Notes under the pieces: generated by a model | Told to the model about the DNA's origin: nothing | Seen by the model: the letters and a program-made list of their open reading frames with translations, nothing else | Databases searched by the model: none | Position numbers and translations under genes: made by a program | NCBI GenBank assembly: GCA_964036045.1 | Contig: OZ038379.1 | Span: forward strand, 5,580,001-5,644,000 | DNA length: 64,000 nt | DNA from: Eutreptiella sp. 'Long Island Sound 2002' | Lineage: Eukaryota > Protista > Euglenida | Direction: 5' to 3' | Shown: piece by piece, positions 24,352 to 37,600 of the stretch | Position numbering within the stretch: position 1 is the stretch's first letter | How the letters are laid out: the number at the start of each line of letters is the position of its first letter

Positions 24352-25125
24352 GGGGGAGCCTTAAGCGCGGTGCGCGTGCAGTGCGCGCGCAGTGCAACTA
24401 TTTGGGCGTCCGGCCGTACTAGAGACCCATACTTTTAGATACTAGGGGCCCCTAGGGGCATCATGGTGACCCTTAGCGGAGGTTTTGACTTCTGATTTTG
24501 TCCCCCTTTGTTTGGGTTTGCCAAAGGTGATTGGGCAGATCTTGCGGTTCGGCAAGGGTAACCACTTACCAAGGGATGAGGAAAGTGTAATTATCCAGGA
24601 TGGGCTTGATGGCCAACCATTCTCTGAAGGCAGCAGTGAAGCGCCAACACTGCAGCCTGCGATTGACCGTTTGCGCCATGAGAAAAGAGAGAGAGAGGCC
24701 AAGAAACAAGCAAAACATGCGCAGCAGGTCCTAGAAAAGCGGCAACGCACACTGGATGCTTTTTGTGTTGCTGCGCCCCCTCGGGCCGATGTGGCTTCGT
24801 CCAGCTCCAATCTCCCTCAACCCTCTCAGTCCTCGCAACCCCCTGTGGCTACACAATCTCAACCCCAATCCGATTCTAACCGCAAGGGAAAGGAGAGAGC
24901 CCCTTCCTCACAACCGAAACCACGCATGTGGCACTGGGGCATCGTAAGGAACATGTGTGTGTTATGTTAAGGGAAGGTTTGCAACTTTCTTGAGCTGGGG
25001 CAGTTTGGGTCACCTAATTCTAAGGGCGTTTCCAAGGGGTGTGCTTGGGGGCTCTTCGGGGGGAACATAGTCCAAAAGTAGCGCGCAGTGCGCGTGCAGT
25101 GCGCGCGCAGTGCAAAGATTCCCCC
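24352..25125 (+). mobile_element. Non-autonomous DNA element A (GGGGGA...TCCCCC ends, TAA target duplication) carrying a coding fragment
   Basis: taa at 24349-24351 and 25126-25128. Both ends shared with element B. Internal ORF 24485-24970. Confidence 0.8.
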
Positions 25126-26777
25126 TAAGACCCCAATGTTGATCACTTTGACCAATGACTACCTTGGACACCCGGGTGATGCGTGGTGCAACTTGCAGCA
25201 TCAAGCTCACCAGAGTGCAAGAAATCAAAGATGGCAGAAATTCTCAAACAGGCTGTCAAGTTGGGACATGGGACCACAATAGTTGGATTCAGCACGTCAA
25301 AATGCATTCATTTACCTCCTTTCACGTTGCTCCAACTCCACAATATGTCGGAGCACCCATGGGAAAACCTGTGAGTTGGTGTCCCGCACGCGTGAGCGGA
25401 GCAGCCTGAGGCCCGAAAACCCTGAAACACCGAAAAGTTCGGCCTCGGTACTCAAAAATATGGTCACCTATCCCCCCCCAACCCATACATTTCCGAAACG
25501 GCGTTTTCTCACAGATTTCAAAAAGTATACACATACCTCCCCCTAGGTGACGACATGTTTGCACGCGGAAGCAAAAGTTGCAGAAACTACCGAAAAGTGC
25601 CAAAACCCACAAAGTTGGAAGGTTATGAATGTCCCCGAGAGATATTGCTATTTGCCCTGAATTTCTCCAATTTCTCATTGTAAAAGGTGCGTTGTGCCTG
25701 CGCTGTGCACAAACGCCCACATGGACAAGGAAACGGAAGGGGAGGGTCCAGTGACAATCCTGATAACCAAGGGAGATGGGGACAACAGTAGACCAGGGGA
25801 AGGGGAACGGAAATGAGGATGCACGACAACGGGGACACAGCCCCATCTGTAAGACGACTGTCATCCTGCAACAGCCCTGTATGGGTGTGGTGAAGTTGTT
25901 GAGCAGCTCCCGCCGGTTTCACTCCTCCCCTGTCACTTCTGCCAGATGTCTCCCACTGCGTCGCTGCGGCAGAACTGTCTGACGCTGTGCCGAAGTGTGC
26001 TGACAGTGGGACACAGGGTGCGTCTCCCACCATGTCCCACGCCGCTCAGTGGTGGGTGACTGGGGCGCCAGCCAGTGGGGAGAGAAGGGGGGGTCGTTGA
26101 TTGATTACAGGTTGCCATGCGAGTCCTGTTCCATGCCACCCGCCCTGTTCCATCTCGTTGTTTAGGCACAGGACAAAGGGCCCGGGTCTGCAGGTCATCA
26201 ACTGGTGGAATCAGTAGTGTGCTGCATTTCTGGGGGCAAGCCGCTGGTGGAGGATATGGGGTGTTGGGGGCAGGCAGAATGACACACAAAGCCAACGTGT
26301 TCAGCTCCCGACTCTGCTATGGTCACCAACGTCGGCGGAAGTTTGCGCGGTGGCAGGGGGCTCATGTTGCATTTGTTCAATTTGGCCTACAGCTTGGCAC
26401 GTGCACCGCTCGTACGCTACCCTGGCTTGTTTTTGGGAGTGGTACCCCTTTGTGCAGCGTTGCATATTTGCGCAGCCCTAACCGTTGACCCCCGGCCGCC
26501 AGTGCCGTGGGCGTCCGGCATCAAGGGAAAGGGAGGGAACAGATCAGAAATAAAAGTGAAGTTGGATGATTGAATTGGATAATGCCAGTGCCTGCCTGCA
26601 GCGGATCGGCTGTTAGGGAGGGTAACCTGCAAGGGTATGGGAGACCGAACAATACCTGCGGTACAACTGCCGACATCATGTTCAAGTCAGAGCAGACATG
26701 TCTGGCGGGCAGACAGTGTGGACAGACCCTCCAGAGGATTCCTTTTGTTGGGTGCAGCCATTCGGGCAGCACTTTGT

Positions 26778-26838
26778 TGGTGGTGGTGGTGGTGGTGGTG
26801 GTAGTGGTGGTGGTAGTGGTGGTGGTGGTGGTGGTGTT

Positions 26839-26925
<87 letters not shown>

Positions 26926-26926
26926 G
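26778..26926. repeat. Compound (GGT)n(GTT)n microsatellite
   Basis: Direct reading. Confidence 0.95.
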
Positions 26927-27006
26927 GGAGCTCCATAGAATTTGATATTTGGTTCTCCCATACAGACATTCTAGGCCACTGCGACTGAGTAGCCGAAGGG
27001 GCAGCA

Positions 27007-27370
27007 GGGCTTTCAACTGGGGGGGGGGGGGTCAATAAAGCCCCCCAAAACCCGGGAAGGGGGGTCTGGGAAAAGGGCTCAGTTGATAGGACCATTATTC
27101 AGTTATTATCTGGCACCGAAGGCGCCGAAAAAAAATTTTTAGGCATTAAAAATGGTCAATTTTTTTTACACATGATGACTTTTCTGAACCCCCTCGACGC
27201 GATGATTCTAAAAACCCCATTTTCATTTTTTGCCGATTTTTGGGTCAGGGTCACCTCTGAGGCCCGGGGGTCAGTCTCGGTAGGGTTTTCGGGGTCCCGT
27301 CAATCGAGCCCCTTTTGGGGGGGGGGGCTAGCCAGGGGGCTCTATTGACCCCCCCCCCCCCTGAAAGCCC
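27007..27370. mobile_element. MITE-like element with ~35-bp imperfect TIRs
   Basis: gggctttca...(g)n gtcaataaagcccc pairs with ggggctctattgac(c)n...tgaaagccc. No TSD resolved. Confidence 0.7.
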
Positions 27371-28064
27371 GCCTGCCCAAGTGTGGTGCAACATACCGTG
27401 CAACATACCCTGGACAACGCACTCGCCACCCATGGCACAAGGCCACTTGTGACTGTGTGCCCTCCCCAGAGTGTTCTGGCCTTCTGCGCACAGCCTTTGC
27501 TTGGCTTTTATTGTGGCAGACATCTGGATTGCTCCTTCCGCCACCCAACTACTCTGTGCGTTTGCAGGTGTGGAGGTGTTGCGTGTCGTGGCGGCTGCGC
27601 GGCACGGCCGCGTGTCGCCATGGCGTCCATTCGAAGCTTGGTTTCACAGTCTGTGGTCTCTCTGTGTCGTTTCCAACTTCCTTGTCATCCAACTTCCAAG
27701 TTGCGCCGCCCCCTCTTCCTATCGCTTCGTCAAGCACGCTACTCCTGTGGTACTGCACCCGAAACCATCCCTGTGTCTGACCCATGACCTGCTGCGTGTA
27801 CTCTCGATGGACACTTGGTGGAACTTCGGGCACGAGTTAAAAAAAAAATCCTGTGGTACTGCACTTCGATTGGAAGATTCAGTTTGTTTTGGTTCCATTC
27901 AGTGCAGGCCCGTGGTGCCCTCCTGGCTGTTGCTTGCACAAAAGAGGTGGGGAAGAACCAGGGATGCACTGGAGGTGAGCGGTCCCAGAGCAGGGGTATT
28001 AGCAGCGGTTGGGAAGGCGGTTGGAGGGAGGGTTGGCAAGGTGGGCTGGAGCAGCAGCATCAAA

Positions 28065-29549
28065 GGGGGAGCCTTAAGCGCAGTGCGCGCGCAGTGCAAC
28101 TATTTAGGCGTGTGGCCGTACTAGAGACCCATACTTTGAGATACTAGGGGCCCCTAGGGGCATCATGGTGGCCCCTAGCGTACGTTTTGACTTCTGATTT
28201 TGTCCCCCTTTGTTGGGGACCCCCGAGAATGCAGGGGTGACGTAGCATTTCCGCCCTCTTTTGGGCCCCAACCTTCCGGTGCTATTGAGGAAACCGGGAC
28301 AATCTTTGAATCCACGCTTTGTTGCGTGGCCCCTCGAGTTCGGGTCAGGGACCCATACTTTGAGAAACTAGGAGCATCATGGTGACCCCTAGTGTAGGTT
28401 TTGACTTCTAATTTTGTCCCCTTTGTTGGGGACCCCCGAGAATGCAGGGGTGACGTAGCATTTCCGCCCACTTTTGGGCCTCAACCTTCCGGTGCTATTG
28501 AAGAAACCGGGACAATCTTTGAATCCACGCTTTGTTGCGTGGCCCCTCGAGTTGGGGTTAGGGACTCACAATCCACGCTTTTTTGCGTGGCCCCTCGAGT
28601 TGGGGTTAGGGACTCACAATCCACGCTTTGTTGCGTGGCCCCTCGAGTTGGGGTTAGGGAGAAAAGGAAAGGAAGCAACGCGATGAACCTCGAACATTCA
28701 CCGAGGAGGAGGTGGCAAAAATGAACAAACAAACGGAAGACAAGATCCTGGAGATGTTGCTCCATGTACATGAGAAAAGCAACGGAGCTCATCCTCTTGA
28801 CCCGCAAAAAGATGGTGTTGAGTGGTGGATTAAGCGTTGTGGCGGAACTCGGTCCTTAAGGACGCAAATCAGTTATATGGGTATTGATGCCTACTCTGCC
28901 GAGGAGTTTTGGCTAAAGTATGGGCATGATGATTTACTTCCGCATATGGAGGGGATCTGGTACGGAGTTGCATGAGTACGTGCGTGTACTCTTGCATTTG
29001 CAGCAATTTTTGATTCGAAGACAGGTACGGTACCCTCCATATGGTCTGTGGGAACACGTACCTACACATGTATGGACTGCACCTACACAGGAGGACAATG
29101 ATGATGAGGATGTTGTGGGTGATGATGGGGATGTTTGTGCCCTTTGTTGCACCAAGTTTGAAAAGATGTCCATGTGTGACAAGTGTGAATTGCAATATTG
29201 TACGGATTGCATTGACACGCACACATGTGACGGTGTGACATTTCTTTGATTCTGCAACTGTGTCATGTTGTGCACACAAGTTGCGTATTCTCAATGTGTA
29301 CTTAGTTGACAATGGAACAGAAAGACATTTGTGTGTTCTTGAGGGTGGCGACCAATGCGCTGTTCATGGCCTTTCCAGTTGTGCATGATGTGCGTTGTGT
29401 GAAGGGAAGGTAGTTTGCAACTTTCTTGAGCTGGGGCAGTTTGGGTCACCTAATTCTAAGGGCGTTTCCAAGGGCTGTGCTTGGCGCTCTTCGGGGGGAA
29501 CATAGTCTAAAAGTAGCGCGCAGTGCGCGCGCAGTGCAAAGATTCCCCC
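28065..29549 (+). mobile_element. Non-autonomous DNA element B (same family as A; AAA target duplication) with internal duplications and Cys-rich coding cargo
   Basis: aaa at 28062-28064 and 29550-29552. Termini match element A. Internal ~227-bp duplication and a 48-bp repeat x3 (28522/28570/28618). Frameshifted ORFs 28712-28975 and 28920-29249. Confidence 0.8.
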
Positions 29550-31234
29550 AAAGTCAGTAGGTTTGGCCACCTCCAGCAACATTCATGTGTTTGTGACACG
29601 TCATCTTAGATCCATTGCAGTCTTCACTTTGTTGCGTGTTCATGAGGCATTTCTACGGGACATCAATTTGCACGACAAGGTTTGTGGTGGGGTTGGTTTG
29701 AGCCCCTGCCCCCCCTCCCCCTTGAGAAATACCTGGCTGCGCGCAACAATAACCTCACACCCCTGGGGGAACACACCCAAAGTGACGGTATCCACGGTAT
29801 GGGAGGCATCCACTGCGACATTTTTTGGTCGAAGGATTCTAAGAATTTTTCATGGCACACCCCCAAGTGGCTGGCAATGGACTGGTCTCCTTGCTGCAAA
29901 ACAGTTTGCATGATGGACATCTGTCATATCATCCAGTATAGCCCAACACATAGTGCAAAAATTGATGGGGTCAACACCCGATTTTGCTTGGACATAGGTA
30001 TTGCTTAGACACAGGCATTGCTCGGATAAGGTGGGGCGGGGGGTAGGAACGAGTGGAACAAGAGACAAGGCAATGAGAAGAGAAAACCAAGGGAGTGTCT
30101 GAGAGTTGCGGCGGTGCATTTTCCAATTGGTGGTGTGTGCTGTGTGTGCTGTGTGACACTGGTGTTGAGTTGCATGACGTCTGTATTTTGTGTCTCAGAA
30201 GCTCACTTAGCCATCATGGCATTTTCGCATTTTTGCCTCTTGACTGTCAGAATAATGCACCATGTCTTGGATGGACCCTGGTTGCCTGTTGTAGTACACC
30301 TGATTTGGATTCAGAATCTGGTGGCGTGTCAAGCAGCAGTGTGGAGTTTGCACCCTCTCCTGCTAAAAAGGCAAAGGATATTTTGTGGGTGAAGGCTGAT
30401 GGGAGAATTAGGGGTCATACTTTTGGAAATCAGTTGTATTGGACCAGGGGTCTAGCGGATGATGCATGCATCCCTTGGTTTTATTTCAGAGTGTGTGAAC
30501 CCCTAATGTCTGTTACTTTGGAACTGCATATGTCAAATTGTGTGTCCCCAATAACAGTTTCTGGTGAGGTTTCGTCGCATTTGCCAACCCTCTTGTTGCA
30601 TTCCACACTTCTCATCTTCAAGCCCCCTGTGCATCCAATACAGCTGGACCATGCACAGTGCGGTGTGCAAGCAACACCTTTGTCCCAGCAACACTAGGCA
30701 TTGGTTCCATCAATTTCTGACCATTTACCGCTGCTCGAGGGCGGGGGGGGGGGGGGTATGTTCGATTTGCCATCGGGAGTCACACCCTTGTTATCAGTGG
30801 CCGAATTGATGTTGCAGGTTGTGGATGGGTCGTCCTTATCTGCTATGGGCACACCATACAGCATGGTGCAGTGGGTGTGTCCTTCCGTCATCGACTCTGA
30901 TCACCCCCACTGGTAAGGCCATTGGTCTGACCCACGCTGTTATGCTGCTGATATGGATGATAGTGGCTGGTGTGCCGTCTCAGTGTCAACATTCACTTTG
31001 GTACATGTACTGCAGTGGCTTGAGCCCAGCTGGCAAAGCCTCTTGCCCGATAGAGGTGGGCCACTCTACTGACAAACCAGCTCATGAAGCATGGAAGGTA
31101 GAAGTACGGCTCCAGACACTGAGCCACAGGTCAATGCTCCATAGTGCACATTCCTCCTTCTGTCATCTCTCCCTAAATGGTGGTACTGCTTGGCCACACA
31201 GCGAAGTGCAAGTGTGACCGAGGCTGCATCTGGG

Positions 31235-31250
31235 CTTCTTTTTCTTATAG
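31235..31250 (+). promoter_or_regulatory. Candidate spliced-leader trans-splice acceptor
   Basis: cttctttttcttatAG, 4 nt upstream of ATG 31255. SL trans-splicing is established in Euglenozoa; use of this site is inferred. Confidence 0.55.
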
Positions 31251-31254
31251 AGAC

Positions 31255-31740
31255 ATGGCTGAGCACTTGAGCCCACAGGCAGGACAATGGGACAAAGACT
31301 ACTACAACTACTGGTCCCACCATGAGCCACAGCACCAGCATTGGCCTGCTCACGGCGTTCACCACCACCACCACCACCATCACATGTCCCAAGCACACCA
31401 CCACCGCCACCACCACCATCACCACCACCACCGTCAGCATCACCTTCACACCGTGCACACTGTCAAGCAAGAAGAGCTTACTGAAGACACCCGCGATCGC
31501 ATCAAGCGCCCTCGTACCGACGAGCCCGCCCCAGCCGGCCCCCTGCAACCCCCTTGGAAACAGAGCAGGCACCAAAGCCTTCAGGCCCGCCCAAGGCTCC
31601 AAAGCGGACACAGCCACAATCAGCAGCAATCCGAAGAATCAAGTTCATTATTTTCTTGTCCCTATGATGAGCAGCACAAAATGCCCCTTGAGGAGCTGCA
31701 CAGGCACGTGCAGTCGTGTCCTTCGCGCCCTTTGCAACCT

Positions 31741-31775
<35 letters not shown>

Positions 31776-33945
31776 CCAACAGCTGGAGCAGGCGCACCAG
31801 CAGCTGGAGCAGCTGCGGCAGCAGCGCCAGGAGCTGCAGCAGAAGAAGCAGCAGCGCCAGCAGATGCAGCAGCAGTACCACCAGAAGCAGCAGTGGCAGC
31901 AGCTGCGGCAGCAGCAGCAGCAGCAGAGGCAACAGCAGCAGCAGCCGCAGCAGCAGCAGCAGCAGCCGCAGCCGCAGCAGCAGCCGCAGCAGCAACAGGC
32001 GCAACAACAGCTGCAGCAGCAGACACAGGAACAGCTGCAGGAGGTGCGGCAGACGCTGCATCTGCTGCAGCAAGAGCGGCAGCTGCTGCGGCAAGAGCGG
32101 CAGCAGCTGCAACAGGAACAGCAGCAGCAGCGGTGGCGACAACAGCCACAGCCACAGCCACAGCCAGAGCCACAGCCACAGCCACAGCCACAGCCACAGC
32201 GACTGCCACAGCCACAGCGACAGCCACAGCGACAGCCACAGCCACATCCGCCGCCACTGCCACTGCCGAGGTCGGCGCCTATAGGCACCAGACACCCTCT
32301 CCCTCCCCCTATCGCTCATAAAAAAATTCCCGTTTCCACTAGGTTGGCTGAAACCGAAGAATTTGAATTGGAATCAGAGAGTGCTCCACCGGAATTTGAT
32401 CCGGCGGAATTGGAGACTGTTCAAGGGTCCCACGGTGAACTGGTGGTCTGCCCGTACTGTGCTCACCACATCAATAAGAAGAATCTACAACGGCACATGA
32501 GGAAGTGCATCAGTCGTCCCACAGTCCCCCCCCTGCCGCAACAACTGCAGCGGCGGCAGTATAAGCCGCAGTATCAGCAGCATTATCAGCCGCGGCTGCA
32601 GCAGCAGAAGCTGCAGCAACAACCTCAACAGCAGAACCTCCAAAAAGGCAGACTGCAAAGCCGCCCAAAGGTGCATGATCCATGTCTCAAGTCTGTGTCC
32701 CACGGGTTTTCACAATTCTCGACCGCGTGCTTCTCGCCTGATGGAGCCACCCTCGTTACTGGAACAGGCTCGGGCTCAGTACAGCTCCTGTCCCTGCACC
32801 CACCCCGTCACACGCAGCTCACAGCAGACTACGATATGAAGGTCATCACTGCCGTGTGTGTGTCGCACGACGGCAGCACCATCGCCGCCATCCAGGGACA
32901 GCCACCCCGCGTATTCCTGTGGAGCGTCGCGTCGGGCAAGCTCCTGCATTGCCACAACTACTCCCACCCCGACACCAGCGCAGCGTCGCGCTGGCGGTTC
33001 TGCTCGGTCGCGCTCTCGTCTGACGGCGGGTCCGTCACCGCGGGCACGTGGATCGGCGGAATCTGGACCTGGACCCCCGCGGAGGGCGACGCGGTGCGGC
33101 ATCTGGAGGGGCACAACGGGAAGGTGAACCGCCTGTGCCTGTCCTCCGACGGCAGCAACGCCGCATCCTTCTCCGCCAAGGACCGGCAGCTGCGGATGTG
33201 GGACTGGGCCGAGGGCACGGTCCGGGCTTCGACCAACATCACGGCCCAGCTGAACTGCATGTGCCTCGAGGCCGATGGCTGGAACGTGGTGGGCGGCATG
33301 CGGGACGGCAACATCGCCGTCTGGTGCGGCGACTCCGCGGCGGTGCTGCGGTACTTCAAGCCGCAGGCGCAAGTGCCGACGGTGGTCTGCAGCGACGGTA
33401 GCGGGGGCTTCTTGACGGGCGCCGAGGACGGGACCGTCCGGCTGTGGGACGGGGCGAGCGGGGCCGTCACGGCGGTCGTGGGGCAGCACCGGAGCCAGGT
33501 GAAGGCGGTGTGTTTCGCCGCGGACGGCTCGGTGGTGTCCCTCAGCCGAGAGGCGCTCCAGACCTGGAACGGCGCCGCGGCGGAGGGGGAGGGGGAGGGG
33601 GAGGGAGAGGGGCTCGATTCCGGGATTGCACCGCAGGTGGAGGAGGTGGAGCAGGTGGAGGAGGTGGAGGAGGTGGAGGAGGTGGAGGAGGTGGAGGAGG
33701 TGGTGGAGGTGGTGGAGGTGGAGGAAGTGGAGGAGGTCAAGGCGGAGGACAATGGTTACAGCATGGAAGAGCTTGAGAGGTGGGACTGCCCCGGGGAGAC
33801 CGGCGAGGACGAGCAATGGCAGCTGAAGACGCAGGAGCCGGAGTATGAAATGAAGCCGGAGCTCGAGGATTACGGCACGGCAGGGCTTGAGGAGTGGGAC
33901 GGCGTGAAGCCGGAGGAGCCGGAGTACACCTTTGTACCCTCTTAA
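31255..33945 (+). CDS. Intronless protein: His/Gln-rich N-terminus, CHHC (U11-48K-type) zinc finger, polyQ, C2HC finger, 7 WD40 repeats, acidic tail
   Basis: Continuous ORF. CPYDEQHKMPLEELHRHVQSC (~31657-31719); CPYCAHHINKKNLQRHMRKC (~32449-32508). WD motifs such as GHNGKVNRLCLSSDG...LRMWD and LTGAEDGTVRLWD (~32710-33570). Confidence 0.85.
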
Positions 33946-34330
33946 CGGCCCCTATAGTTGGGGTCTGCATTGGGACGGCCCGAACCTCTGGGGTGGCAAT
34001 GCTTGCACTTTCCACGGGGCCGCGCGCTCCCGCCCGTCAGATGGTTGTTCGAATTACGCTGTGCCCGTGTCCTGAGGGCAGGGAGGATCCAGAGAACCAG
34101 CCAAACCTCTGGGGTGGCAATGCTTGCACTTTCCACAATTCTTGCACTTTGAAGCGGCCCCAGGACCGGCCCCTGAGACAGTCCACGGAGTGACTGGCTG
34201 AGCTGTTACGTGCATCCGGCACCTGCTCACTAGGTAGGCCCAGATGCGGGCGCCCATGGACATTGGGGGGTCGATTGGAGGGCTGGGGGATCACTGCACA
34301 ACCTCCAATCCGCCCAGGGACAACGTCTTA

Positions 34331-34632
34331 CCCCCCGTCCCCCCTTGAAATCCCCCGGCCCCCACCCCCTTGCAACAACAGCGCCATGGATAGTAATAGG
34401 CGCCCTGGGGGGCGAACCGTCGCTTGGCCCAAAAAGCATAGGAAATACTAGGCGCCAAAGGCGTCGGAGAAAAATTTTCTTCAGGTTGCATTGGAACTGC
34501 TGCAGTTGTAGTGCTACCATTGTGTGGTGCAACCACCCCTGTCCTGGGGGGGTGAATCGTCACTTCATGACCGTCCCCCTCCCCCTTGACCGTCACGACA
34601 TTTGGGGGGGGGGGATTTCAAGGCGGGGCGGG
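34331..34632. mobile_element. MITE with TA target duplication (Tc1/mariner-Stowaway-like)
   Basis: ta|cccccc...ccttgaaatccccc and gggggatttcaagg...ggg|ta; 14-bp perfect TIR core. Confidence 0.7.
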
Positions 34633-37600
34633 GTAGTGAGTGGCACTGTCCTCAAGCGAAAGATAATGCCCACAACCTTGGGAGGCTCTTTCTGCACCCC
34701 TGCTTTGGAACCTTGCGCATTGGGAGGTATTCTTTTGCGGCACCTGCGGCGCTTGCGGTGCCTTTGGAATAAGTCAGCCAGTAGAATGGGTGTGCCACAC
34801 TGTGCACATTGAGCCAGGGCCGAGGTCTCTGGATGGTGTTGCAGGGTCGATGTGTACCCACCCGCCCCGGTACCATGTTCGTGGACAAGTACCCCAAATG
34901 GCTACTGAATGGTGGTTTTTCCTTCTGATTGAAGGTTTTGGTGCTTTTTTCGTTGAAAGAGAAATATTCCCGCCCTGGGCGCCTGCAGCACCTGCATGCG
35001 AAAGTGCCACCTGTTGCACACCCGAAAAAAATAGTTTCATCATCCATGCGCTGCCGCACGTGGGTCAGCCCTGCTGTGTGGACCCAGTCACAGCCAACAG
35101 CAATGGATGCCTTAGGGGAGCTGCGCAGGCTTCTTGGTGCCTTGCGGCCCAGGGCGTGTGTGAGCAGGTATTGAGCGGCAGCGTATGCCGGATGTTGTTT
35201 GTTCCCTGTGCCTGTCACAGGCGCGCATACCTATGCGCTGATACATGTGCAGTGCTTGCGCGCTGGCCTGGCACGTGTTTGTGAATTGCACCGCGACACC
35301 TGTAATCCTAACATAGAAGCGCCAACAGCCGCAGCAGCCTGAATTTTCCAGGTGGGTTCATACAGCTACACATGTCTCCTGTTGTGTCACAGATTGTCGT
35401 CTTTTTTGTATCAGTTCACCACTTCTTTGATGTCAACTCCCACGGCTACTCCCACTACTGAAGGACCACAGCAACCTTTGAGGAACAAGGAGGCAACCAG
35501 GAGTACTGCAGATTGTTTACAGTGGCCAATTAGGGAGGGTATTGGGGAGCATCGTGTTTGGGTCTGCTTTTTGCCACTTTTGCGCCTTTTGGAAAAGAGC
35601 ATTGCCCCACCAACGGCTTGAAGCATGCCGCAGCGGGCCGAATTTTTCTTGGCGAGCGTTGGTGCTTGTCCACTACAACCATAGGTCCATGAGAACGCAC
35701 TGGTTTGGGTTTCCAGAAGGATATTGTCTGCATTGCTTGTTCCAAGCCACTGGGGAACAGTATGGGACCAGTTTGGTCGGTGAGAGTGGGACAGTTGTGC
35801 CTCTGCTCAAAAGTATTGCTTCTGGAGGGAAGAGGGGAGGGGAGATGGGGGCAGGGTCGAGCCCTGCACGACTGCCTCAAGTACCAATTGGCACACTAAT
35901 TGAGCGTTAAGAGCGAACCCTGCTCTGGGACTCCATACATATACACCCATGGGGAGAAGCCTTTTTTTGGCATTTTGAATTCCCCATCAAACTCTAAGCA
36001 TTTTGAATATACAAGTGGGCCATCCCCCATTCACCACGAGTGAAAACAAAATAGGGCATTCCGGCAGATGCAGAAATGGATGAGACATAGACGTTCTGAA
36101 CCCCCCTCCGCTCACGCTGCGGGTGTCAGGGCCCAGAACTGAACTGAAACATTCCCCACCCCTTGTCGTACAAGAGCCCGATGAAGCTATGAATTTGTCG
36201 TGGTATCCTCGTTACAGTCAGACTCTTCTTTCTCTGTTGCAGTGTGAATCATGATTGCACCCCATGACTCCCATATTTGTGCAGTCGAATCTTCCAACCG
36301 ATGCAACATCGTCTGGTTGGCTTTGAAAAGGCAATATGGCGGCGGCTCCATGCGCATGCTGCTCTGTGTGCAGGGTGGTATGCAGGGCAGTCACTGGGGA
36401 CACCACAATTTTTCTTCTTAAGATTGCAGCCTCTGTTGTCACTTTCAACCGCCCATCCGTCATCAGCAACTCTCCAGTTGCATCCAGTGGACAGTGGTCA
36501 GTGAACAGATCTGCGGCCGTAGGGCTCTGGAAAGTAGCCCCTTGTAGCCATGCGGTTGGAGGCTAACAAGTCGGGTACGCATCAGGTTCGATTGTGAAGC
36601 CTCTGGGGCGGGGGGGTTCAATGAGTCAAAAGGGGGGTGTATTTGACAGGACGTCCCTGAAAAGCGAGCCCAAGGCTCAAGGAGACTGACATTGGTGTGT
36701 GTGCAGAAGCCAACGCGACGCCCTGTCGGACTGCCACGTGTACCATCGATGTCGCGTGGCGGTCCTTCAGGCAAGTTGTCCCCCCCACATCCTGGGGCCC
36801 AAAAGCCGCCGTTGGGGACGGGTTCCCCACTGTTGGTATTGGGGTGCCCACTTGGACGCCCCGGGCCAACGGCAAGGGCACTCCCTCCTCCGTGTGAACC
36901 CGACATGGAGCAGTGAAACAAGGAAACCACTGGAGGGAAAGGGTCCAAGGGAAGGGCAGGAAGTGGCGATCGGCCAATTGGCGCCGCCGGCTGCAGACCA
37001 AAGCACACCACGGCGTCATGCCGAACCCCCCACCCCACAGCCATCGGTTAAGTCGCTCTTACCCAACTCAGGGAGGAAAGGGACATGGAGCACACATGCA
37101 GCAGAACAATGTGCAAACTGTCCAGTGCACTGATGTGGCAATGAAGGGTATGTGAAGGAAAGTGCGACTGGAGCTAAGTGGTGGGTCCACACCTGCCCTT
37201 TCAGCCCCTGCTCCCTCCCGGTGATATGTGGACTGATCGAACCGCCGTCTTCCTGGCAGTCTGCCACCCCAACGCCCCGGCTGTCATACCGGAGGCTAGA
37301 CCCCCAGGAAAAGCACAACGCATAGCACCGGATGTCAGCCCCCCCCCCCCCCCGCTCCCTTCCACCTCTTAAGGAGCTTTGTTTGGGAGCTGTTCACAGA
37401 CGGATAGATGGGCCAGGGGACAGGCGCCGTGGTGGATGATTTGTGGGATTGCGCAGGACTGACAGTACGTGCGCTAGACCTCAATACCATGGACGCTGTC
37501 TGAGTGCGTGGTGAGGTGTAAAGCGGGGACTAAACCCACCGAAGCCCCTCCTCCCCGCCCCCCCCCCCCCCAGCCACTGTGATGTTGCGACCAACCTTGT

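Noticed and set aside
27619-27787. MASIRSLVSQSVVSLCRF... resembling a mitochondrial targeting peptide
   Set aside because: Short, ends in a stop, with no downstream exon or domain identified.
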